Of a stretch of DNA of 64,000 nucleotides, positions 1 to 8,788 are shown piece after piece. The translations under genes and the position numbers were made by a program. Below the pieces are notes generated by a model. It worked only from the letters and a program-made list of their open reading frames with translations, did not search any database and was not told the DNA's origin. Position 1 is the first letter of the stretch; each line of letters starts with the position of its first letter. This DNA comes from Myxococcota bacterium (GTDB lineage Bacteria; Myxococcota; UBA4151). The stretch covers positions 352,001 through 416,000 of the forward strand of contig JAYZBQ010000048.1 in assembly GCA_036338695.1 (NCBI GenBank). Reading direction: 5' to 3'.

Positions 1-526
1 TTCCCGGGCAGACTAAAAAGCTGTCCGAACCCAGAGCCTTTTTGAGCGAACGCGCCTCAAGCGCAGAGCACACGAGACCGTGGATCCCTGCGCTCGCTGC
101 GGTCTGAGCGAGACGATGGACCTGATCGAGCGGTGGGCTGTCCACGCCGACCGAGCTCAGCTCATCCGCATCCATGCTGGTCAGCACCGTCACCGCCAGC
201 AAACGCGTCGCTCCGGCGACAGCCTGAGCCGCCTCAAGCATCGCGCGCCCGCCGCCTGCGTGGACCGTCAAGTAGTCGGCCTCGAGCTCGCTCAAGGCGC
301 CGATGGCGCTTGCGACCGTGTTGGGGATATCGTGGAGTTTGAGGTCCAAGAAGACCGCGCAGCCCCTCGCCTTTATCTGCCGGACGAGGTCCGAGCCTTC
401 TGCGTAAAACAGCTGCATACCGATCTTATAGACACCCACCGAGTCGGAGGTTGCTTCAACCAGTGTGAGCGCCTCATGAGCGGTCGAGACGTCCAACGCC
501 AGTGCAAGCCGTGACCGTGGATTCAT
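1..526 (-). CDS. pyrF: Orotidine-5'-phosphate decarboxylase (3' end runs off the window)
   Basis: Not in the ORF track. Reverse strand from ATG at 526 reads MNPRSRLALALDV...VYKIGMQLF...VFLDLKLHDIPNTV...LTVHAGGG...LLAVTVLTS..., the OMP decarboxylase DxKxxDIPNT signature. Start overlaps the upstream stop (ATGA). Confidence 0.95.
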   Translation of the reverse strand, partial: MNPRSRLALALDVSTAHEALTLVEATSDSVGVYKIGMQLFYAEGSDLVRQIKARGCAVFLDLKLHDIPNTVASAIGALSELEADYLTVHAGGGRAMLEAAQAVAGATRLLAVTVLTSMDADELSSVGVDSPPLDQVHRLAQTAASAGIHGLVCSALEARSLKKALGSDSFLVCPG

Positions 527-1434
527 CGGTAATGCTCTCCCAAGCCCACCCAATCGACGTATCCCAACAAAAATCCAAGCCTTAATCCGACAAAGGGTAG
601 GGGCACCTCACCAAAGACCGCCTCCATCAGATCGGGGAGGCTCGGCGGCGTCTCGAACTGCGCCCAGGCGCGTGTCACGCGCTGCGCCGTGCGTCGATAA
701 GCGGCGTGTGCGCGCCGGGCTGTGACGCTGACGTCTGCTAGCTCAGGACCATGAGACGGTAACCCGCGACCGCCGAGATCAGCGAGGCGCTCTAACGAAT
801 CGAGCAAGGTTGGCAGCGTGGCGACCCTGAGCCCATCATCGTCGAATCGAACCTGCGGCGGGGTCAGGTTGGTCTCGAACACATTGTCCCCCGTCACCAC
901 CGTCGAGAGCTCAGGGAGCTCAAAAACGAGGTGATGATGATGATGACCCGGGTGGTGATGGACGCGCACCACCACCTCACCAAACTCGAGCTCATCGCCG
1001 TCAACGAGACCGCGCTCGAGCTCAGCCGTGCAGCCGCTCTGTGCGATCACCTCATACCCACTCAAGACCTGCTCGAGCAGATCGCCCGTCAAGCCCGCGC
1101 GGTGCGCAAAGCGCTCGAGCCGATCTCGATGCGTCAGCACCGTCCGCTCTTGATCCTCGTAGTAAGGTCGAGCGCACTCAGCGGCGTAGACCAACAGGTT
1201 CGGATAGCGCTCCCTCAGCGCCGGGAGGCCTCCGTAGTGGTCTTGATGAGCGTGGGTCAGCAGCAGAACATCCGGCGGACGAGCGGACAAGGCGCTCAAA
1301 AGCGCCTGACGGCTCGGCGCCGCCGTGTGTCCGCTGTCGATCAAGAGACGCACGCTCGGACTGTCGATCACAGTCGGATAGACCGTCCCCCCCCAAGGAA
1401 GAGGCAGCGGGATGCGCTCGACCCGAAGGCTCAT
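523..1434 (-). CDS. MBL-fold metallo-hydrolase
   Basis: LLIDSG, THAHQDHYGG (HxHxDH), PGH, TGD and PSHG motifs. Confidence 0.9.
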   Translation of the reverse strand: MSLRVERIPLPLPWGGTVYPTVIDSPSVRLLIDSGHTAAPSRQALLSALSARPPDVLLLTHAHQDHYGGLPALRERYPNLLVYAAECARPYYEDQERTVLTHRDRLERFAHRAGLTGDLLEQVLSGYEVIAQSGCTAELERGLVDGDELEFGEVVVRVHHHPGHHHHHLVFELPELSTVVTGDNVFETNLTPPQVRFDDDGLRVATLPTLLDSLERLADLGGRGLPSHGPELADVSVTARRAHAAYRRTAQRVTRAWAQFETPPSLPDLMEAVFGEVPLPFVGLRLGFLLGYVDWVGLGEHYR

Positions 1435-1757
1435 GCCCCCTTGTGCCCGTCGATACAGCGAGCAATCGCCACCTGGTTCTCAAAGCTCAGACCATCGAAC
1501 AAGGCGCTCGCGTGCACCACCCCGTCCATGATGAAGTAGCGCTTGATCCGCACCTGAACGCGACGCTCTTGCAGCTCATCGGGGAGCTGCACGGCGAGGT
1601 TGACGAGCGGCATGAACCAAAAGGGTGAGCAGTTCTCGAGACGGACGCCGTTGATCGATAGATCGCCCGAGTGATCGAGCCACTGGCCGTTCGGGCTGGC
1701 GACGCGAAACCTCATCGGCACGCGCGTGCTCTCGCGACGCTCACTCTTCTCACTCAT
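1431..1757 (-). CDS. Stand-alone PilZ-domain protein (putative c-di-GMP receptor)
   Basis: Start re-assigned to ATG 1757 (MSEKSERRESTRVP). RxxxR (RRESTR) and DxSxxG (DLSING) motifs; 108 aa. Confidence 0.8.
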   Translation of the reverse strand: MSEKSERRESTRVPMRFRVASPNGQWLDHSGDLSINGVRLENCSPFWFMPLVNLAVQLPDELQERRVQVRIKRYFIMDGVVHASALFDGLSFENQVAIARCIDGHKGA

Positions 1758-2029
1758 CAGCTCGTTCCGATCGCTTGATCTGCGCGCTCGGTTGGGTCGA
1801 GCACCGATTTCCGCAGGTGGAGACGCCAGCAGCCCTCTGCGCGCTCCACCACCTCGAGACACTCCTGACCAAGGATCATCAAGCTGCGTGGGATGCTCCT
1901 CGTCGCAGGCTGATAATCGACATCGACCGCTAGCTCGGCTCCGAGCGGCGCGCGCTCGAGCCACAGGCGCACATGCACAAAGGTCATCGGGCAGACCTCG
2001 CCGCGTAGATCCAAGTAGTCAACGCTCAT
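1757..2029 (-). CDS. TusA/SirA-family sulfur-carrier protein
   Basis: Start at ATG 2029. LDLRGEVCPMTF matches the TusA LDxxGxxCPxP motif. Confidence 0.85.
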   Translation of the reverse strand: MSVDYLDLRGEVCPMTFVHVRLWLERAPLGAELAVDVDYQPATRSIPRSLMILGQECLEVVERAEGCWRLHLRKSVLDPTERADQAIGTS

Positions 2030-2210
2030 GCTTGATCCAACGCTTCCCCGCCGTGCGGACTTCACCGTTTCGTCTCACCGACAGCAGTATCGGTCGACTT
2101 ACCGAAGGGCCGCAACCCCTTATCACCTGTTCCGATACACGATTCGGACACAGAAACTTGACTAGCGATGCCCGCTCTACGCAGCATACCGGTCCGGAGA
2201 GGTACACACT

Positions 2211-3998
2211 ATGCCGAATAAGATCTCGAACCTTGCGAACACCATGGCAACCGCAGGCGCCTTTAACCGCGCCGACGTCGCCAAGCTCATCGACGCCGCC
2301 AAAGACGGAAGTGGTGTCACAGCGAACGAAAAAGCGGAGCTCAACAGCGTCTTGACCAAGCACGCTGACCTGTTTGAAGCCGGCGCCAAGCTTGATCTGC
2401 AGCGCTTTCTCGACCCGCACTTTGATGCGGGGCTCAAGGCGATGCCAAACGCCGACTTTGACCAAGACGGTCTGAGCAACGCGCACGAGTTCCGCATCGG
2501 CTCGGATCCTCGCCTGAAAGACACCGACGCGGACGGTCTACACGACGGCGTCGAGGTCAACAAATACAAGCTCGACCCGACCGCAACGCAAGACAGCGTC
2601 AAAGCGGAGCGCGCCCCGTGGACCACAACCTACTGGCCGATGGCCGGATACGGAAACGAGGACGGGAACCCCCGGACCCACCTCTGGTCGACGGGTGGAG
2701 CGCTCGACAAGCTCGACAAGCTCAAAACTTCACGCGGCGACGAGAGCGGCGCAAAGGCGCTCGAGTTTGAGCGCAAGCCTGCGCTCAACTGGATCGTCGG
2801 TGACCAAGACAAAGGACACTACATCCCTCACTCCTCACTCAAAGAAAACAACGCCGAGATGACGACGGGCGTCGACTTTGACGGCGACGGCAAGCTCACC
2901 AAAGGTGTCAAAGCCGACTTCATTAACGCACGGGGCGACTTCGCCGCCGTGGTGGACCGAGGCAGCTTCGTGCCCAAATTGGGCGATGAGACCCTGACTC
3001 GAAAGGTCGTCGACGGCGACAATGGCGAGAAGAACGTTCAGTACTTCAAGGCAGACGGCACGCAGCTGACCGCCGACGAAGCCAAAGAGGTCGTCCTGAC
3101 CAACCCGAATTCCGACGGCAAAGCAGACGGCAATATGGGCGTCGGCTGGTGGGGTAGCTGCGATAAAGTGGCGCTCGCCGGGATCCTCTTTGAGGACCCC
3201 AAACGCGACGTGACGGTCGACGGCGTCACCTTCACCAAGCAAGACATCCGTGGGCTGCTGACGGTCGTGGCGGATTCGCAGGCGAAGGGCACGGACTTCG
3301 TCGGGCACCGCTACGATGAGCGCGCCGACATCGTCGTCACCAACGACGGCACCCAGCTCTCGGGTAAAATCCAAGAGATGACGGGCGAAGACTTCCGCGC
3401 CACCAAGGACATGTGGCGATGGAACGGTGACTACATGGTCACCAACGGGTTTGATAAGGACGTCACGATCAAGCTGAGCGACGGCACCGAAAAGACCATC
3501 CCCGCTGCCGAGATCAAGCACCTGGCTCGTGAAGACAAAGCGGATATGGACCCCGGCGTCTTCCACGTCACCATGAAGCAGTGGCTCGCCGAAGGGCGTG
3601 GCGCAGCGATGGACAAAGACGCTGGCTCGCACGTGTGGAACTACAATTTCTCCAAGTTTGAAACCACCGAGCGCAAGGTCGAGAACTTCAACCGCGAAGA
3701 AGCAACGGGTTACCACGGCAAAGCAGGTGACGGTGAGATCCGTCACTACAACGCCTCGGTAACCTTCGACAGCGGCCCGACCAACTACTCGTACTGGCTC
3801 GAGTACAAAGACGGCGACATCGTCAACGGCGGCTGGAAAGGGGACAACCCCGACTTCATGTGGCGCCCTTCAGCGTCCGGGAACTGGAACGAGCACAACG
3901 AGCGAAATCCCTTCGTGAACCCCGAGCTCGTCAAAGAGATCTACGACGCCAGCATCGCCCCAGAAGAAGAGGCGACGCCGGTCGAGAACAACGACTAG
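2211..3998 (+). CDS. Transglutaminase-elicitor-like protein with DxDxDG Ca-binding repeats and an N-terminal helical domain
   Basis: PWTTTYWP, GWWGSC, DIRGLL, DPGVFH, VWNY, YSYWLE and PDFMWRP motifs in the order seen in GP42-type transglutaminases. Also DFDQDGLSNAHE / DTDADGLHDGVE repeats, SD GGAGAGG and its own terminator. Confidence 0.65.
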   Translation: MPNKISNLANTMATAGAFNRADVAKLIDAAKDGSGVTANEKAELNSVLTKHADLFEAGAKLDLQRFLDPHFDAGLKAMPNADFDQDGLSNAHEFRIGSDPRLKDTDADGLHDGVEVNKYKLDPTATQDSVKAERAPWTTTYWPMAGYGNEDGNPRTHLWSTGGALDKLDKLKTSRGDESGAKALEFERKPALNWIVGDQDKGHYIPHSSLKENNAEMTTGVDFDGDGKLTKGVKADFINARGDFAAVVDRGSFVPKLGDETLTRKVVDGDNGEKNVQYFKADGTQLTADEAKEVVLTNPNSDGKADGNMGVGWWGSCDKVALAGILFEDPKRDVTVDGVTFTKQDIRGLLTVVADSQAKGTDFVGHRYDERADIVVTNDGTQLSGKIQEMTGEDFRATKDMWRWNGDYMVTNGFDKDVTIKLSDGTEKTIPAAEIKHLAREDKADMDPGVFHVTMKQWLAEGRGAAMDKDAGSHVWNYNFSKFETTERKVENFNREEATGYHGKAGDGEIRHYNASVTFDSGPTNYSYWLEYKDGDIVNGGWKGDNPDFMWRPSASGNWNEHNERNPFVNPELVKEIYDASIAPEEEATPVENND

Positions 3999-4020
3999 CG
4001 CTCAGCCAATCGCCGAGCGG

Positions 4021-4056
4021 ATCACCGAGCCTCAGCGCTCGGTGATTTCTTTTTTT
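4021..4056 (+). terminator. Rho-independent terminator
   Basis: Stem ATCACCGAGC / GCTCGGTGAT, 6-nt loop, then TTCTTTTTTT. Confidence 0.85.
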
Positions 4057-5143
4057 ACAGGCGGTTAATCGCGCCCTGCTCGACGCGATAACGGGTCATG
4101 GATCGAGAACCTTTGAGCCATGGGCTCGGGTCTCGCGTCGCGGTGATAAAAACCTGACCGGCTCGAGTCAAGAGACGCGCAAACAAAGCCTCTGTGCGCC
4201 GATCGTCGAGCTCTCCAGCGATATCATCAAGCAACAAGATCGGCGGAGAGCGTCGCTGGGCGATCAATTCAACCTGCGCCAAACGACACGCGAGCACGGC
4301 GGAACGCTGCTGCCCTTGGCTTGCGCGCCCGCGCAGGTCACGCCCGTCCAACTTCAAAGCCCAGTCCTCTGCATGGGGTCCGCTCTGCGTATAGCCTTGG
4401 CGCCGATCTCGGTCGAGCTGTTGACGCCAATGATGCAAGAGCGCAGCGCTCAGGTCCTCGCCTGTCACGCTGGGTCGATACTCGGCGCTGAGCCGCTCCT
4501 TGCCCGCACAAATCGCCTCGTAAGCTGGTTGCAAGTCGGCTGCCAAGGTCTCGGCGGCGCGCTGGCGATTGATCATCACTTGCGCCCCATAGCGAGCCGC
4601 CTCATCACTCCACAGATCGAGCAGCTCACCGCCGCGCGCACGCGGCCGTAGCAAGGCGTTGCGCGCAGCGAGCGCCTGGGCGTAGCGACTGGTCACCTCC
4701 CGATGATCAGCGAGCAGGTGCTCAGCTACCTGATCGAGCAACCGCCGGCGCCCGCGCGGACCGCCCTGGACTAGGCTCAGATCCCCCGGGCGGAAGAAGA
4801 CGATCGGATGCGAAGCAGCGAAGCTCGCTAACTGGCGTGGGGTCTGTCCGTCGACCTTGATCCGGCGCTCGCTTCGATCAAAGCCGATGCGTACGTCGCA
4901 CGCGCCCACCTCGTCTGCTACTTCGGCAGCTAAAAACCCGGTCTCACCACCCTGCGGGATGAGCTCACGCCATCGCAGACCCGCCGGAGGGCGCAGCTGC
5001 GTCGTGATGTAGACGGTCTCAAGAAGGCTCGTCTTGCCGACACCGTTTGCGCCGATGAGCAGATTCACCTCAGGCTCGGGAGCCCAGTGAGCGTGCGCCC
5101 ATGAGCGAAAGCCCTTGAGCTCAAGCCGGGTCAGTCGGCTCAT
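4055..5143 (-). CDS. recF: DNA replication/repair protein RecF
   Basis: GANGVGKTSLLE Walker A, GGPRGRRRLLD, GPH, ASQGQQRS, LLLDDIAGELD. Confidence 0.95.
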   Translation of the reverse strand: MSRLTRLELKGFRSWAHAHWAPEPEVNLLIGANGVGKTSLLETVYITTQLRPPAGLRWRELIPQGGETGFLAAEVADEVGACDVRIGFDRSERRIKVDGQTPRQLASFAASHPIVFFRPGDLSLVQGGPRGRRRLLDQVAEHLLADHREVTSRYAQALAARNALLRPRARGGELLDLWSDEAARYGAQVMINRQRAAETLAADLQPAYEAICAGKERLSAEYRPSVTGEDLSAALLHHWRQQLDRDRRQGYTQSGPHAEDWALKLDGRDLRGRASQGQQRSAVLACRLAQVELIAQRRSPPILLLDDIAGELDDRRTEALFARLLTRAGQVFITATRDPSPWLKGSRSMTRYRVEQGAINRL

Positions 5144-5583
5144 TCGCTTGCGAAAAAGTCTTCGAGCGCCGCGAGGGTCTCGCCCCCAGCGATCAGGTCC
5201 GCGGCCGGTGGTCGGTTGGGATCACTTTGGATCTCATCGAGACGTTGCCGGGCAACCTTAGCGACGGTCTCGTCGCCGATCTCAACCAGCGCGATGAGGG
5301 CGATCACAGCTGGGTCATCAGCGGGCTGTCGTCGCGCCACACGCTGATAGGTGAACACGGCGGTTCGGCGCTTCCCGAGGGCTCGATAAGCGTGCCCGAG
5401 CAGCAAGCGAGCGTTGACCCCGAGCGCGCCTGTCGCCTCTTCGGCGACCTCCTTGAGTAACTCCGCGGCTGAGGCGGCGTTTTTGTCATCCAAGAGACGA
5501 TGCAGCGCCTCCTTGAGCGCGAGCTCACTGCGCGCCGCTCCATGGGCAGACTTGAGCGCAGCTTGAATCGCTTCTCGGTCCAT
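5140..5583 (-). CDS. Hypothetical helical (TPR-like) protein
   Basis: Likely start ATG 5583 (MDREAIQ). ARLLLGHAYRALG...A...Y is a TPR-like pattern; stop overlaps the recF start. Confidence 0.55.
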   Translation of the reverse strand: MDREAIQAALKSAHGAARSELALKEALHRLLDDKNAASAAELLKEVAEEATGALGVNARLLLGHAYRALGKRRTAVFTYQRVARRQPADDPAVIALIALVEIGDETVAKVARQRLDEIQSDPNRPPAADLIAGGETLAALEDFFASE

Positions 5584-5732
5584 CACCCACCCCAGCACCG
5601 TCAACACCCACGGTATGACGTGAATAGCCGCCCGTGACAACTGCTTCGATGCAGACTTGAAGAGCTTGACACATCCGCGTACCGCAGAGCTTAGGTGGAG
5701 CGTCTAGATGACAATCGAAAGCAGCGACCGCG

Positions 5733-7757
5733 ATGAGTCTTGACCCAGATATTCGGCGTCTAGCGCAGCAAATTGAGCACCATAACCGACTCTATTGGGA
5801 GCTCAACACTCCCGAAATTTCCGATCATGCCTACGATGCGCTGGTCGAAGAGCTTCGGCGACTCGACCCAAAGCACCCCCTCCTTGATCGGTTGGAGCAA
5901 GCGCCTCAGCTCGACCTCTTTAGCACACAGGAGGCATCGCCCCAGGCGCGCTTTGGACAGGCGGTGAGGCATGAGCATCCGATGTTGAGCCTCAACAAAG
6001 CCTACGACTTTGAGGTGGTCGAGAGGTGGTTCTCAAGCTTTGACGGCGGCGTCGTCGTCATGCCCAAAGTCGACGGTATCGCCTGCTCGCTGCGCTACGC
6101 CTCAAGCGGTGACCTCACCTACGCCGCAACCCGTGGCAACGGACGCGTCGGAGAAGATATTACCGCCAATATCCTAGCCGCCGAATGCGTACCGGCTCAT
6201 CTTGATGGGCTCGTCGGCGCCGCTGAAGTGCGCGGCGAGGTCTACATCGCAACCCAAGACTTTCAAGAGCACCTCGCAGAGCGCTTCTCGAACCCACGCA
6301 ACACCGCCTCAGGCGCGATCAAACAAAAGAACCATGAGGGGACGCGCGCCTACCATCTCCGCTTCTTCGCCTATGACCTGATCGTGTCGGATCAGCCTGA
6401 TGAAAAGACCAAATTCGAACGGCTCGAGGCGATGGGTTTTGCGCGCGCAGAGCACACGCTATGCGCCGATTATGAGGCGGTCGAAGATACGGTGAGGCGC
6501 TACACCGACGACCGAGCTACGCTCCCATATGAGACCGACGGCGTCGTCATGAGGACCGCTCGTTCGAGCGAGCAGATTCGGCTGGGACTCACGGCACATC
6601 ATCCACGCTTTGCGCTCGCCTTCAAGTTCAGCGGTGACGTCGCTCAAACCACCCTAGTCGATGTCCACTGGCAGGTGGCTCGGACCGGAACGATCACGCC
6701 GGTTGCACAGCTCGAGCCCGTCGAGCTCTCAGGCGCTATGGTGAGCAAAGCCAGCCTCCACCACGCCGGGCGCGTCGAGGCGCTCGAGCTCGCTGTACCG
6801 GCGCAGGTCGTCGCGGCGCGACGAGGCGGCGTCATCCCCCACGTTGAAGGCGTGCTCAAGCTTGGCGATAAGCCGATTGAGATCCCGACAACGTGCCCTG
6901 GATGCGAGGCGCCCACGACCCGTCGCGAGGACTTCTTGATGTGCTCACGACCCCAAGAGTGTCGCCCCGCCCGGATCGCCTCCCTGGTCCACTGGTGTCA
7001 GGCGCTTGACCTCGACGGGCTGGGTCAAAAACTCGCCGAACAGCTCTACGACCATGGCTTTGCGCAGCGACCGATCGACCTGTACGGGCTCACTCGAGAG
7101 CAGCTGATCACCCTCCCACGCTTTGCCGAGCGCTCAGCTGAGAACCTCCTTGCGCAGATCGAACAAAGCCGCGCCATCGACGGCGCAGCGTTCTTGGTCG
7201 GCTTAGGGATCGATGATCTCGGCGTCACGGTCGCAAGGCGCCTGCTCGACGAGCTCGGCTCGCTCGAGCGTCTGCTCGAGGCGACCGAGGCGCGCTTGCT
7301 CGAGATCGACGGGATCGGCGCCATCACCGGCGCTGGGATCACCAAGGCGCTTCATGAACGCGCCGAGGAGATCGAGCGGCTGTTGGAGGTGCTCGACGTC
7401 AACGAGAGCAAGTCAGCACCCGGCGATACGCAAGCCGCGCTCGACGGGTTTTGGGTTGTCTTTACCGGCACCCTCGCCAGCTCGGATCGAAAGTCAGCGC
7501 AAGCCGTGGCGCGGCAACATGGCGCCAAAACGCCCAGCTCAGTCGCCAGCACGGGTCAAGGCATCTTGGTTATCGGAGACCGAAACTCAGCGCTCACCGG
7601 TGAAGGACGCGTCAGCACCAAACACGCCAAGGCGCGCAGCCAGATCCGTCAAGGCGCTGACCTCGTCATCATCGCCGAGAAGGAGTGGTTGGAATGGATC
7701 GATGGGAACGCATCGATCGAGGAGCTGCGAGCGCAGTGGAGCGGGCAAGCGCGCTAA
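5733..7757 (+). CDS. ligA: NAD-dependent DNA ligase
   Basis: PEISDHAYD, HPMLSL, KVDG adenylation motif, TRGNGRVGEDIT, EVRGE, NPRNTASG, Cys4 zinc finger and a BRCT-like tail. Confidence 0.97.
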   Translation: MSLDPDIRRLAQQIEHHNRLYWELNTPEISDHAYDALVEELRRLDPKHPLLDRLEQAPQLDLFSTQEASPQARFGQAVRHEHPMLSLNKAYDFEVVERWFSSFDGGVVVMPKVDGIACSLRYASSGDLTYAATRGNGRVGEDITANILAAECVPAHLDGLVGAAEVRGEVYIATQDFQEHLAERFSNPRNTASGAIKQKNHEGTRAYHLRFFAYDLIVSDQPDEKTKFERLEAMGFARAEHTLCADYEAVEDTVRRYTDDRATLPYETDGVVMRTARSSEQIRLGLTAHHPRFALAFKFSGDVAQTTLVDVHWQVARTGTITPVAQLEPVELSGAMVSKASLHHAGRVEALELAVPAQVVAARRGGVIPHVEGVLKLGDKPIEIPTTCPGCEAPTTRREDFLMCSRPQECRPARIASLVHWCQALDLDGLGQKLAEQLYDHGFAQRPIDLYGLTREQLITLPRFAERSAENLLAQIEQSRAIDGAAFLVGLGIDDLGVTVARRLLDELGSLERLLEATEARLLEIDGIGAITGAGITKALHERAEEIERLLEVLDVNESKSAPGDTQAALDGFWVVFTGTLASSDRKSAQAVARQHGAKTPSSVASTGQGILVIGDRNSALTGEGRVSTKHAKARSQIRQGADLVIIAEKEWLEWIDGNASIEELRAQWSGQAR

Positions 7758-7772
7758 ACAGCTTGGCATCGA

Positions 7773-7946
7773 CGCAAGGCTGACGTAGACCCGTCGTGTC
7801 GCACAGCGGACAGGAAGCTGGTGAGAATCCAGCGCTGCCCCCGCAACTGTGACCGGTGACGACCGCTCGTTGATGCCACTGCGCCGATTTGGCGTGGGAA
7901 GGCGGAGGGGAAGGCTGATCCGGCGAGCCAGGATATTGTGCCTGTG
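7773..7946 (+). ncRNA. Cobalamin (B12) riboswitch
   Basis: Conserved blocks in order: AGGAAG (7812), CTGGTGAGAATCCAG, GCTGCCCCCGCAACTGT, GCCACTG (7875), GGGAAGG (7896), GAGCCAGGA (7925). Lies directly upstream of a TonB-receptor operon. Ends are approximate. Confidence 0.92.
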
Positions 7947-8053
7947 GGACACACTTGAATAGGCTATCGGCGGGATAGACTATCAGCGCGACGTATCGGC
8001 TGCCCCTGATATGGGGTTGAGTTCGCCCCCGCCACACGACCTGGGGTCTCACT

Positions 8054-8788
8054 ATGCGTCATCTCGCCATTTCACTAATCACCTTAACTGCTCTTGCCTG
8101 CGGTCCGCTCCCCGATGAAAATCGATCGATCGAGATCGAAGGCGTCTGGGCGACCCCTTGGGGTGATGAGACCATCACCGACGACGCCTGGCAAAGCGCT
8201 GCGATCATCAGCTTTGACAACGCGTCGAACATGGCGATCACGCAAGCGCCTGCTGACGATGAGTTCAACCCAAGCGCCTACTCGAAAATTCGCTGGACAG
8301 AGCCGGTTGACGGTCGATTCTTCTACTGCACCGTCGCCTTTGGTCAAGCGACCGAACAGGACGCAGTCGATGCGGAAGATACCTCGGATGCCAACGACCT
8401 ATCGGGTGAGGGTTGCGGTGGATTTGCGTGGACGCTGATGCGTGAACCGCTTGCGATCGCAGGAAGCTGGGCATCAGAGTTTAGTGAAGAGACCATCACG
8501 AGCCAGAGTTGGGACAGCGGCTTTGGTGTCTCAGCCGTGCGCGACTGGGACAACGCCGATCAGTGGGTTGTCACTCAAAATGCAGCAGACGCTGAGTTTG
8601 GACCCAACACCTTCAACGCAGTCTTTTGGACGCTTGGGGACGGCGGCGTGATCTACCATTGCACCGGCAGCTTTGGGCACGAAACCTTGGACGCTGCGCT
8701 GACGAGCGTGAGCGAGCGCCCAGACGCCACGCAGCCTGAAGCGTCAGGATGCGGAGACTTTGCGTGGACCAAGCTCGAGCCGCGCTGA
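8054..8788 (+). CDS. Predicted lipoprotein with two tandem ~107-aa Cys-containing domains; first gene of the B12-riboswitch operon
   Basis: Lipobox ALA-C16. Internal duplication of IxGxW...ETIT...W...DN...TQ...AD.EF.P...WT...C...FG...GCGxFAWT. Confidence 0.8.
   Translation: MRHLAISLITLTALACGPLPDENRSIEIEGVWATPWGDETITDDAWQSAAIISFDNASNMAITQAPADDEFNPSAYSKIRWTEPVDGRFFYCTVAFGQATEQDAVDAEDTSDANDLSGEGCGGFAWTLMREPLAIAGSWASEFSEETITSQSWDSGFGVSAVRDWDNADQWVVTQNAADAEFGPNTFNAVFWTLGDGGVIYHCTGSFGHETLDAALTSVSERPDATQPEASGCGDFAWTKLEPR

Noticed and set aside
80..514. 144-aa plus-strand ORF
   Set aside because: Antisense to pyrF.
2066..2210. c-di-GMP riboswitch or sigma28 promoter before the transglutaminase-like gene
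   Set aside because: Only short hairpins and a TCCGATAC word; the conserved riboswitch blocks and a good -35 are missing.
2835..3746. 303-aa minus-strand ORF
   Set aside because: Shadow of the 2211-3998 gene, caused by codon bias.
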